A stretch of 32,448 bases of DNA from an uncultured Syntrophaceae bacterium (GCA_964518775.1 CAZFJD010000002.1:1-32448), one strand, 5' to 3'. Counted from the stretch's first letter, positions 8,505 to 17,375 are shown. Program-made: numbers and translations. Notes: generated by a model not told the origin, from the letters alone.

Positions 8505-9488
8505 ATGGATAGAGTGATGAAAGTTTTATCAAAAATATGTCTTGTGGTCTTTTTATTTATCACCTGTTTTTTGGCGACGAGCGGTTTGTCTCAAGAGCCT
8601 TATCCTGTGAGATCGATCACCATGGTCTGTTGGAGCACGGCAGGCATGATGGATACCGTGACAAGAGTCATTTGTAAAGTGGCAGAGAAAGAATTAGGCC
8701 AACCCATTATTGTAGAGAATAAACCTGGAGCGGCTGGAGCCATTGGAAAAAATTATGTTTTGAAATCGAAACCCGATGGATATACCTTAGGAGTGACCAC
8801 CACCGGCACCTATCTCGTTATCCCTCACATGCGTAAGCTTCCCTTTGATGTTCTCGCAGATGTCACAGATATTATCGCAATCTGTAAATATAATTTTGGG
8901 TTAGCGGTGCAGTCGGACGCCCCTTGGAAGACTTACGAAGATATCATTGAATATGCCAAAAAGAATCCTGGCAAATTTACCTATGCCTGTGCAGGGGTCG
9001 GGGTGACTCAACATATCTGTATGGAGCGGATCGCCATGAAGGAGGGGATCAAATGGACTCAAGTCCCTTTCAAATCGGGAGGGGAATCCGTGATGGCCTG
9101 TTTGGGAGGCCACACGAATGCAGTGGTCCAAGGGTCGATCGATGTCCTTCCTCATATCAAAGCAGGAAAGTTGAAGATGTTATTGGCATTGAATGATAAA
9201 CGGTGGCCGGATGCTCCCGATGTCCCCCATATCTTAGAAAAGGGATATGATTTTTATGCATTGTCCTATATCTCTTTTTATGGGCCTGCTGGGATATCGG
9301 AAGCGATTAGACAGAAGATGGAGGACGTTTTTAAAAAGGCGATGAAAGATCCCTCTTTCATCGATGTGATGAAGCAGTTCCAGGTCGAGGCATCCTATCT
9401 GAGCGGGAAGGATTATTCAACCCATTGGAGGTCGAGGTATGAGGAGATGGGGAAGGTAATTAAAGCCATTGGGCTTGTTGAAAAATAA
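8505..9488 (+). CDS. tctC: Tripartite tricarboxylate transporter substrate-binding protein TctC (Bug family)
   Basis: 327 aa with an N-terminal signal peptide. Bug-family stretches are present (VENKPGAAGAIG, KPDGYTLG, PFKSGGES). RBS AGGAGG lies 8 nt upstream. Confidence 0.9.
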   Translation: MDRVMKVLSKICLVVFLFITCFLATSGLSQEPYPVRSITMVCWSTAGMMDTVTRVICKVAEKELGQPIIVENKPGAAGAIGKNYVLKSKPDGYTLGVTTTGTYLVIPHMRKLPFDVLADVTDIIAICKYNFGLAVQSDAPWKTYEDIIEYAKKNPGKFTYACAGVGVTQHICMERIAMKEGIKWTQVPFKSGGESVMACLGGHTNAVVQGSIDVLPHIKAGKLKMLLALNDKRWPDAPDVPHILEKGYDFYALSYISFYGPAGISEAIRQKMEDVFKKAMKDPSFIDVMKQFQVEASYLSGKDYSTHWRSRYEEMGKVIKAIGLVEK

Positions 9489-9514
9489 ATCCTGTTACGA
9501 AAGGAGAAGCAAAA

Positions 9515-10747
9515 ATGAAAGAGCCGAAGTTTCCAGGGATCCCTTATGGGGAGTATAAGCTCAGGATTAACAGAGCCCAAGAACTGATGGGAAAACATGG
9601 TTTCGATGCTTTGCTTCTATTTGGGATTGATAATATTCGCTATTACACAGGACATATCAAAGCCAGTTATGGCTTCAGCCGACGATGGCGACGGGGCGTA
9701 GTGATTCCAGGAAAGGGAGCCCCCGTATTTGTCAGCAATAATATTACGGCTAAAAATGCCATGATGACGACTTGGATCGAGGATGTAAGGCCATGGGGAG
9801 GGCCGAAGCAGTTTGGCTACGAGAAAGATCATGAGACCTTTTTCGTTCAGATCCTAAAAGATATTGGCGCAAAAAGGATAGGAGTTGAATTAGATGACAC
9901 CATCCAGAACGAGATTTCCTGGGGGGAATTTCAGAGGATAAAAAGGGGTCTTAGAAAAGTGGAATGGGTTGACGCCTCAGATCTCCTATGGGATCAGAGG
10001 ATGATCAAAACGAAGTATGAACAAGAGATCATCAGAGATCTTCACAAGAGGTTTACCAAGGCCTTGCTGAAGGCAAGGGATCAGTTCAAAATCGGAATGA
10101 CCGAAATGGAATTTCATAGGTTAATCTTTGAGAATTCTGTGCATGAGGGGATTCACGAAGATCCAATGGCGGGTCGGATGATGATGACAGGGCCAGGTCG
10201 ATATACCACCTATATCATGGGTCCCACCGACACCGTTTTGAAGGAAGGCGATACACTTTGGATTGATGGAGGCCCTCGCCACAAAGGATATTTCATGGAT
10301 ATCCAGAGAAACCTATGCTTTGGTAAGCCGACAAAGAAGATGAAAGAACATTACCGGGCAGCCTTGGAAGCTACTTTGGGTTGTGCTTCTGCAGTCAAAC
10401 CCGGGGCAATGTCATCGGACGTATGGGATGCTGGAGAAAACGCTCTTAAAAAGATAGACCCGAAATATTTATTAAAACGACCTTCAGAAGTGATGGGTCA
10501 CGGAATGGGATTGTATACGCACGAACCTCCCTTCTTTATGTCGAAGGAGAGTCTGGAAAGGCTGGGAGAAGCCGATAGGGAATTGAAGCCGGGAATGTAT
10601 GTGGCAGTAGAGGTAGGGATTGTCGATACGGAGCCTGCTGAACCAGAAGTCGTCACCATGTGGCCAGAGGAAAATCTTCTGGTCACGGAAACGGGTCATG
10701 AGGTTTTAACAAAGGATGTCCCCAATGACTTGTGGGTCGTAAAATGA
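9515..10747 (+). CDS. M24-family metallohydrolase (creatinase/prolidase fold), paralog 1
   Basis: 410 aa with a creatinase_N-like N-domain. The pita-bread domain carries the ligand pattern D (WIDGG), D (MDIQR), H (GHGMG), E (VAVEVG), E (VTETG). Confidence 0.9.
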   Translation: MKEPKFPGIPYGEYKLRINRAQELMGKHGFDALLLFGIDNIRYYTGHIKASYGFSRRWRRGVVIPGKGAPVFVSNNITAKNAMMTTWIEDVRPWGGPKQFGYEKDHETFFVQILKDIGAKRIGVELDDTIQNEISWGEFQRIKRGLRKVEWVDASDLLWDQRMIKTKYEQEIIRDLHKRFTKALLKARDQFKIGMTEMEFHRLIFENSVHEGIHEDPMAGRMMMTGPGRYTTYIMGPTDTVLKEGDTLWIDGGPRHKGYFMDIQRNLCFGKPTKKMKEHYRAALEATLGCASAVKPGAMSSDVWDAGENALKKIDPKYLLKRPSEVMGHGMGLYTHEPPFFMSKESLERLGEADRELKPGMYVAVEVGIVDTEPAEPEVVTMWPEENLLVTETGHEVLTKDVPNDLWVVK

Positions 10748-10827
10748 TTTTACAAAATATTTCTATTTGAAGTATTATAAAAAATATTTAAATTGTTTAT
10801 AACTCTTCAAAAAGAAAGGAGAAATTT

Positions 10828-12039
10828 ATGAGCAAGCCAAATTTTCCAAATGTCCCTTTGGAAGAATATAATCAGCGGGTTAATAAGGCTAAGAATTTGT
10901 TAAAAAAATATAAAATGGATGCCCTTGTTGTCTATGACCCAGAGAATCTGAGATATTACGCTGGCTTTAACAAGGTGGGTATGGGAGTTGAAAGAAGATG
11001 GCGAATTGGATTTGTTATTCCTAAAGATAAAGACCCGATACTTATAGCCCCCTACGTTATGGAGAAGTCGGCTGTTAATCAAGTCTGGATAGATGACATA
11101 AGAGGCTGGGCGGGACCTCCCCATCTCAATTATACACAAGACCATGAAAAATTATGCGCTGATATTCTAAAAGAGATAAAGGCAAAGGTGGTGGGGATTG
11201 AATTAGGTCAAAGTATGAATTCATTTCTTTCTTATATTGAATTTCAAAGGATAAGAAAACATGCCCCAAGAATTAAATTCGTCGATGCATGTGACATGAT
11301 ATGGGATCAAAGAATGATAAAGTCAAAATTTGAACAGGATATCATTCGTGAACTGCATAAAAAACTTAATCGAGCTTTAAATAATTCTCGCAAAGTATTA
11401 CGGGAAGGGGTCACTGAAAAAGAGTATGAGCAAGCGATGTATTACGAATTTGTTAAAGAGGGACTGGTAGAAGGCGCCTTCTTCTCTCGGATGCTAATGT
11501 CCGGTCCGGGGAGATATGATGTGGTGATTATGGGCGCCACCGACACAAAGTTGATGAAGGGCGATACCTTATGGATCGATGGAGGTCCTCGATATAAAAA
11601 TTATTGGTCAGATATTCAACGAAACATTTGCATAGGGAAGCCAACAAAGGCGGTTCAGAGATTTTGGGATGCTGCATTGTCTGGCCAATTAGAGGCACTC
11701 TCAGCTGTGAAACCTGGAAATAGAGCTTCAGACATATGGGATGCAGGACAAAGAGGTATCAAAAAGATAGGCGATTTTGTTCCCCCTTCAACCCGTTGTG
11801 GACATGGAATGGGGCTTAATAGTCATGAGCCTCCTATTTTTCATTCAGCCGATATTTTAAGAAGGCTGGGTGAGAAGAACCGGGAGTTGCAGCCGGGTAT
11901 GTATATAACGGTTGAGGTGGGTGTGAAAGATCCAGCCGGAGAGCTTACATTGATGTGGCCTGAAGATAACCTCATTGTTACTGAGACAGGATATGAAAAC
12001 CTTACTCAAGATCTTCCCCTTGACCTTTGGGTAGTTTAA
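10828..12039 (+). CDS. M24-family metallohydrolase (creatinase/prolidase fold), paralog 2
   Basis: 403 aa, collinear with paralog 1 at roughly half identity by eye. The same D/D/H/E/E pattern is present (WIDGG, SDIQR, GHGMG, TVEVG, VTETG). RBS AAAGGAG lies upstream. Confidence 0.9.
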   Translation: MSKPNFPNVPLEEYNQRVNKAKNLLKKYKMDALVVYDPENLRYYAGFNKVGMGVERRWRIGFVIPKDKDPILIAPYVMEKSAVNQVWIDDIRGWAGPPHLNYTQDHEKLCADILKEIKAKVVGIELGQSMNSFLSYIEFQRIRKHAPRIKFVDACDMIWDQRMIKSKFEQDIIRELHKKLNRALNNSRKVLREGVTEKEYEQAMYYEFVKEGLVEGAFFSRMLMSGPGRYDVVIMGATDTKLMKGDTLWIDGGPRYKNYWSDIQRNICIGKPTKAVQRFWDAALSGQLEALSAVKPGNRASDIWDAGQRGIKKIGDFVPPSTRCGHGMGLNSHEPPIFHSADILRRLGEKNRELQPGMYITVEVGVKDPAGELTLMWPEDNLIVTETGYENLTQDLPLDLWVV

Positions 12040-12182
12040 TTTCGATACGATTGAGGGGGAGGCGCACCCAATTGATTCAAATCACCTTCTGAATGGGGAT
12101 CCCTCATTCGGTATCAATCCAGAAGAGAGAATCAAAGTGCGAGGGCACTAAAACAATCTTATCCATTTAAGCGTTGGTGATG

Positions 12183-12869
12183 ATGAAGATTTGGTATCAA
12201 AGTGATGCTCCAATAGGGTTTGATCCTTTGTGGAAAGTCTATGAACGATCATTAAGAAAACACATCGACGAGGTTAAATTACCTAACACCGTGGTGGATC
12301 TGCACGGAGTCGATCATAAAAATTCAGAAGTTGAACCACAAGATAAAAAGCCCATGCATCATCAAATCATCAATAATGCGCTTGTCGCGCAAAAAAGTAA
12401 TTACGATGTCTTTGCGGTCGGCTGTACCCTTGACCCAGGCCGTTCTGAGATCAGGAAGTTGATCAATATCCCCTCTGCTTTCATTGGTGAAAGCTCGATG
12501 GTCCATGCCTGTGCACTCGGCAGGAAAGTTTCAATTGTTGCAAGGACAGGGGAGGTAATTCCAAAATTTGAAGAAAATATCAGGGACTATGGGGTTCATC
12601 AAAATATTTCAGAGATAGGCCATCTCTCCCTTACCCTAAATCAATTAGTCGTAGCCTTTAACAATCCGAAACCTGTCGTTGAGGAATTTCTAAAGGAATC
12701 AAAAAGATTGATCCAGAAAGGGGCTGAAGTCATCCTCCCTGGGTGCGGTGTTCTTAATATCATCTTAACAAAGAATAGGGTCGACCGGATCGATCATGTG
12801 GTCATTGTAGATACCACGGCGGTTTTGATAAAGACAGCTGAATTCTTGGGGATTTTGAGAAAAGGATGA
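12183..12869 (+). CDS. Asp/Glu/hydantoin racemase family protein
   Basis: MKIWYQS... with two candidate catalytic Cys residues in family-typical contexts (VFAVGCTLDPG and VILPGCGVLN). The start is ambiguous: TTG 12174, GTG 12177, ATG 12180 or ATG 12183. The stop overlaps the next gene's start (ATGA). Confidence 0.8.
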   Translation: MKIWYQSDAPIGFDPLWKVYERSLRKHIDEVKLPNTVVDLHGVDHKNSEVEPQDKKPMHHQIINNALVAQKSNYDVFAVGCTLDPGRSEIRKLINIPSAFIGESSMVHACALGRKVSIVARTGEVIPKFEENIRDYGVHQNISEIGHLSLTLNQLVVAFNNPKPVVEEFLKESKRLIQKGAEVILPGCGVLNIILTKNRVDRIDHVVIVDTTAVLIKTAEFLGILRKG

Positions 12870-14020
12870 CCTATTCCATCGAAACAGATTTAGAAAAATA
12901 TTTTTTAAGCAAAAGACCAGAAATGATCAGGATGTTAAGAGATTTTGTGAACAAGGATACCCATACTTACAATCAGACCGGGGTGAACCAGTTAGGCACC
13001 ATCATTTCAAATCAGATGAGGAAGTTAGGTTTCACCTTACAAGTCATCCGACAAAAAGAATTCGGAAATCAGATCATCGCAAAAAATTCATCTCAAAGTA
13101 AGAACCGCATCCTCATTTTAACTCACATGGATACGGTTCTCCCGTATGAGGAAGGAGGTTATTCATTTAGAATTAGAAATAGAAATATGGCTTTAGGGCC
13201 TGGCGTCGCAGACATGAAGGCCAGCTTAGTTCAGATGTATTATGTCCTAAGGGCGTTTCAGGACATGAAGATTCATTGTGGACCTATCACTCTATTCTTT
13301 AACTCTGATGAAGAGGTGGGAAGTCCTACATCAAGAAGATGGATAGAGACCGAGGCAAAAAAATCAAGATGGTGCATCGTTCTTGAATCTGCTCGTCCCA
13401 ACGGGGCGTTGGTGGTGGAGAGGAAGGGAACTGGGATTTTTGAAATGAAGGTCGAGGGAAAAACTGCACACAGTGGTGCAGACCCCCAAAAAGGAGCGAG
13501 CGCCATAGAAGAATTAGCGAGGAAGACCATCTCACTTCATAAGCTTACAAATTATAAAAAAGGAATAACTGTTAACGTGGGAATCATCCAGGGGGGTGTG
13601 GCTCGTAATGTGATTGCGGGATCAGCGAGTGCAAAGATCGATGTTCGTATAAAATTTCAAAAGCAAATCAATTGGGTCATGAATCAAATGGTAGAGATCG
13701 CCCAAAAGCAATTCATCAAAGGAACTAAAACAGAGTTGATCGGCAGTCTCACTCGACCTCCAATGGTCCCCACAAAAGAAACTGGAAGGCTCATCGATTT
13801 AATCAAAGAAGAGGCTCACCGAATAAAGTTAGATGTTTCTTTTGTAGCTACAGGAGGAGCCTCCGATGGTAATTTTGTTTCTGCTTTAGGAATCCCAACA
13901 ATTGACGGTATGGGTCCGATTGGTGGCAGCCTCTGCACTCCCGATGAATACTCATTATTGGATTCCGTCCCAGAGAGATCCGCTCTTTTGGCTCTCGTAA
14001 TGCTGAGGCTCTGGTCATAG
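12866..14020 (+). CDS. M20-family metallopeptidase/amidohydrolase (carboxypeptidase G2 / carbamoylase-like)
   Basis: 384 aa. M20 metal-site motifs are present: LTHMDTV, GPGVADMKAS, NSDEEVGS, and a later GKTAHSG. Confidence 0.9.
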   Translation: MTYSIETDLEKYFLSKRPEMIRMLRDFVNKDTHTYNQTGVNQLGTIISNQMRKLGFTLQVIRQKEFGNQIIAKNSSQSKNRILILTHMDTVLPYEEGGYSFRIRNRNMALGPGVADMKASLVQMYYVLRAFQDMKIHCGPITLFFNSDEEVGSPTSRRWIETEAKKSRWCIVLESARPNGALVVERKGTGIFEMKVEGKTAHSGADPQKGASAIEELARKTISLHKLTNYKKGITVNVGIIQGGVARNVIAGSASAKIDVRIKFQKQINWVMNQMVEIAQKQFIKGTKTELIGSLTRPPMVPTKETGRLIDLIKEEAHRIKLDVSFVATGGASDGNFVSALGIPTIDGMGPIGGSLCTPDEYSLLDSVPERSALLALVMLRLWS

Positions 14021-14154
14021 GTTTTGAAAGATAGTAGATCTTCATTTTAGCTAATAGGTCAACTATAGAAGGCCTAACAAAATAGGATACACTTGCAACA
14101 TGATCGAGAAGAATTTATCCGTATTGTTTCGGTACTCAAAGGGAGGATAGGGAG

Positions 14155-14553
14155 ATGAAAAAATCAAAGAAGTCTAAGAAGAAAATCAAGCCCCTCGGTT
14201 TCACGGATGTCAAGGTGAAAGTTGTTTTCGTAAAAGGAATTTGTAATGCCGGTCATAAAGTGGGTCAGGAGTGGATTGTCCGCAGACATACCCCCTCAGG
14301 TTTATGCGTAAGCGCTTTTCACTCAATATTTCATAGCCTCTACTTTCTTCTAAGAGGTGGGGAACTCGAGACTGTCCCGGGTTCAGGCGTGATCCGGTCT
14401 GCCTGCCCTGATGCCTGGAACCAAGTTGTCTTTGAGTTAAGTCCAATCCCTGGTACGAGACGCAGGTCAGCAAAGCTTCCTGAAACTTTCGGTCATGTGG
14501 AGTATCTACAGCATCTATCCTTGAAGAAAGATACCCCAAAAGAAATAAAATAG
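14155..14553 (+). CDS. TIGR04076-like small conserved protein with a Lys-rich N-terminal extension
   Basis: The core GICNAGHKVGQEWIV...PSGLCVSAFHSI...LRGGEL...ACPDAWNQVVFEL follows the C..GQEF...P.GFC.WAW...GG...AC.DG.RPVVFK.ER pattern I recall for TIGR04076. A strong RBS (GGGAGGATAGGGAG) lies upstream. Confidence 0.65.
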   Translation: MKKSKKSKKKIKPLGFTDVKVKVVFVKGICNAGHKVGQEWIVRRHTPSGLCVSAFHSIFHSLYFLLRGGELETVPGSGVIRSACPDAWNQVVFELSPIPGTRRRSAKLPETFGHVEYLQHLSLKKDTPKEIK

Positions 14554-15366
14554 TCCGGATGAGGAGACCGATAGGAACAGATTGCTGGATGGGCTCTCCA
14601 ACTCCGAATCTTTCATATCGGACCTGTCCATTGGCTCTATGGTTTTGATGTGACTGCAAAGTTTCTCTGAAAGCTCGATAGCTGGGATATCCGCTGCATT
14701 ACCTTTAACTCATGAACCACTTCCCAAAATTGTCCGTAAAGTCTGGCACGGGGCCTCCCCCGAGTATGATTACTTACATGTCATGAAATGGTCTGGTACT
14801 ATCTCAAAAATGATCTGGTCTAATTTTGAAAGTCGCTCAAATGAGAACGCCGGAGGGTCCACCGAGAAGGACTCTGGAAGTTGAAATGGGGACTTGTGAA
14901 ACAGATGGACCAATGGACCGAAAAAAACCATCTCTTCATCCCAGAAATGATCTGAATCAGGGAAGAACTTCCATCGAAAGGGCTCTTCTCCTCTTTAAAG
15001 AAGAACTCTGCAGTATCTTCAACCTCTCTATGACAAAAACTGAGGCCGTGGCTAAACGGAATGCCCTCGCTCAAGAGCATTCGTGGTGAGACTCTTGGCA
15101 TCAGCGAAAGTGCATGGATTTCCTTATGAATGAACCCTAAATTCGATCTCATGCTTACCTATCTCGGAGATCCCAGAGTTCCTCGATTTGGAAACTCAGA
15201 AACGCCCATAAGTATCCGGTAACAAATAGAAACCGTTCAAAGAAGATTCAAAACTTCCCTTGGTTACCCTAACCCACTCAAGCTCTTCCAATTCATTGAT
15301 TACTTTCACCAACCCTGGCGAAAATATTGTCTAGCAAGTGATTCGGGAAAAATTCCTAAATTCCTG

Positions 15367-15393
15367 TTGACAAATTTTTTAACAAGTTATAAT
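15367..15393 (+). promoter_or_regulatory. Sigma70-like promoter candidate for the DHDPS-family/creatininase genes
   Basis: Perfect hexamers TTGACA (15367-15372) and TATAAT (15388-15393), but the spacer is only 15 nt. It sits about 70 nt upstream of ATG 15464. Confidence 0.45.
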
Positions 15394-15463
15394 GTCGGAC
15401 AATCGGATGATCAGATCATGATCCTGAAATAGGGAAATAAATTGTCTGAGGGGTTTTGATTCT

Positions 15464-16378
15464 ATGGAAAACGATAAGATATACCACCGTACATGGCTTT
15501 CGGGTGTTTTTGCTCCCATCACCACTCCCTTTGATGAGCAAGGCCAGCTCTTGCTTGATCAGTTGGCTTCTAACATCCGCAAACTGAACGAAAGCAGGCT
15601 TCGAGGTTATCTGGTACTTGGGACGAATGGGGAGTTTAAGAGTCTTTCAGAAGCAGAGCGCAGGAAGGTATTGGAAACCGTCCTTAAGGTCTCTGCGAAA
15701 GACAAGGTGATCATGGCAGGCACGGGCCGTGAATCGACGGAACAGTCCATGATCGATACGAAGGAAGCGGCTGGAATGGGAATTCACTTTGCGAGTTTAA
15801 TCGCTCCTTCTTTCTTTCCGAAGAAGATGACCGATCAGGTCCTTTCGAGGCATTTCCGTTTGATTGCAGACGTCTCCCCTGTCCCGGTCCTTCTCTACAA
15901 TAATCCAGAAGTTGCAGTGGTGACCTTCAGCGCCACATTGATTGGCGAGATATCAAAACACCCGAATATCGTGGGTATGAAAGACAGTTCTAAAGGGAAT
16001 TTTGCCTCGTATGTTTTGGCGGCAGGTCCTGATTTCAATCTCCTCGCTGGATCGGCAAATTTTTTCTTTGAAGCCTTAATCATGGGCGGTGTGGGAGGAG
16101 TTCTTTCCATTGCAAATTTCGCTCCGGATGCCTGTTGCAGGGTTTATGACTTATGGAAAGCCGGAATGTTGGAAGAGGCCAAAAGAGAGCAGTATAGACT
16201 GATGACTTTGAATCAGAAGGTCTCAGGAAAATTTGGCGTCGCCGGTGTGAAGGCAGCGATGGACATCGCGGGATTCTATGGAGGTCCACCTCGGTCTCCT
16301 CTACTCTCATTGACAGCCGAAGAGAAACGAAAGTTACATGAAGACCTGATAACCAGTGGTTTTTTAAATGAGAGGTGA
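15464..16378 (+). CDS. Dihydrodipicolinate synthase/N-acetylneuraminate lyase family (class I aldolase or related)
   Basis: 304 aa. It carries GTNGEF (family GxxGE motif), LYNNP, and the Schiff-base lysine context VGMKDSS. Confidence 0.9.
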   Translation: MENDKIYHRTWLSGVFAPITTPFDEQGQLLLDQLASNIRKLNESRLRGYLVLGTNGEFKSLSEAERRKVLETVLKVSAKDKVIMAGTGRESTEQSMIDTKEAAGMGIHFASLIAPSFFPKKMTDQVLSRHFRLIADVSPVPVLLYNNPEVAVVTFSATLIGEISKHPNIVGMKDSSKGNFASYVLAAGPDFNLLAGSANFFFEALIMGGVGGVLSIANFAPDACCRVYDLWKAGMLEEAKREQYRLMTLNQKVSGKFGVAGVKAAMDIAGFYGGPPRSPLLSLTAEEKRKLHEDLITSGFLNER

Positions 16379-16393
16379 AGAAAGGAGAGGAAC

Positions 16394-17251
16394 ATGACAA
16401 AGAGAAAGACCTTTTACCTTCATGATATGACCTATGTGGATGTGGCGGAATATCTGAAGCGATGCGATGTGATCATGGTGGCGATGGGGAGTTTAGAGCG
16501 GCACGGAGCTCACATCCCGTTAGGATGCGATATGTTAACCACATGGGAGGTGGTGAAGCGGGCCTCCGAAAAGGCTTCGGTCATTTATACGCCTATCATT
16601 CCCTATGGCTACTCGCCTCATCATATGCATGGGATGGGGGAAGGAACGGGGACGATCACCCTTTCTGGAGATACTTACCGACGTGTTGTTTATGATATTG
16701 GCAAGTCGCTCATTTATCATGGGTTCAATAAAGTTGTTTACGTCACCCATCACGGCTCCAACTCAAAAGTCGTTGACGATGTCCTCCGCCGGATTCGTTA
16801 TGAAACAGGGGCCTTTACCTGCTGGTATAAGACTCCCACAGAAAGAGAATATGCAGCTTTGAAGGGGATCATTGAAGGGCCTCCGGAAGAGACACCGGGG
16901 TGGCATTCTGGAGAGATTGAGACATCGACCTGTTTGGCCTATGACGAGTCGTGTGTGGATATGTCAAAGGCTGTTCAGGATCGGACCCATGCTCCCAAAT
17001 GGATGGGGTCAGCTTTCAGCAAACGAGATGGTTCTGGAATGGTTGAGTTCATGGGAACAGAGCAGGCATGGGTTCCAATGGAACATCAGGAGTATTCCGA
17101 CACCTCTACGATTGGAAACCCATTCCGGGGGAGCAAGGAGAAGGGATTCAAATACTTTGAACACAGCGCCAATCACCTGGCGGCCTTCTTGGAAGAAGTG
17201 AAGAAGTTTCCCATCAAGGTTATGAATCGGGAGTTTAATAATCGAGCATAA
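16394..17251 (+). CDS. Creatininase-family amidohydrolase, paralog 1
   Basis: 285 aa. The family metal-site context is GSLERHGAHIPLGCD, with a later VTHHGSN. RBS AAAGGAGAGG lies upstream. Confidence 0.85.
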   Translation: MTKRKTFYLHDMTYVDVAEYLKRCDVIMVAMGSLERHGAHIPLGCDMLTTWEVVKRASEKASVIYTPIIPYGYSPHHMHGMGEGTGTITLSGDTYRRVVYDIGKSLIYHGFNKVVYVTHHGSNSKVVDDVLRRIRYETGAFTCWYKTPTEREYAALKGIIEGPPEETPGWHSGEIETSTCLAYDESCVDMSKAVQDRTHAPKWMGSAFSKRDGSGMVEFMGTEQAWVPMEHQEYSDTSTIGNPFRGSKEKGFKYFEHSANHLAAFLEEVKKFPIKVMNREFNNRA

Positions 17252-17273
17252 ATTGAATCTTAAATTCGAAGCA

Positions 17274-17313
17274 CGAAATCCGAAATCCTAAACAATGTCA
17301 AATGACCGAAATC
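17274..17313. repeat. CGAAATC heptamer copies (three exact copies, two of them tandem)
   Basis: CGAAATC occurs at 17274-17280, 17281-17287 and 17307-17313, in an AT-rich intergenic region. Confidence 0.7.
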
Positions 17314-17375
17314 AAAAATTCAAAACAAATAATCAATAAAGTTTAGGTCATTGAACAATTGGGATTTTGAATTTG

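Noticed and set aside
9515-12039. Calling the two M24 proteins true creatinases (creatine amidinohydrolase)
   Set aside because: Length and N-domain fit, and creatininase-family genes are nearby. But bona fide creatinase is metal-independent and lacks the D/D/H/E/E ligand set, which both proteins here appear to retain. They are kept as generic M24 hydrolases.
14210-14659. 149-aa minus-strand ORF
   Set aside because: It is antisense to the TIGR04076-like gene, which has a strong RBS and a family-like Cys/His pattern. The minus-strand frame has no motifs.
14820-15152. 110-aa minus-strand and 87-aa plus-strand (14826-15089) ORFs in the gene-poor gap as genuine genes
   Set aside because: They are mutually antisense, lack RBSs and have no recognisable domains. 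At most they are pseudogene debris, as discussed in the findings.
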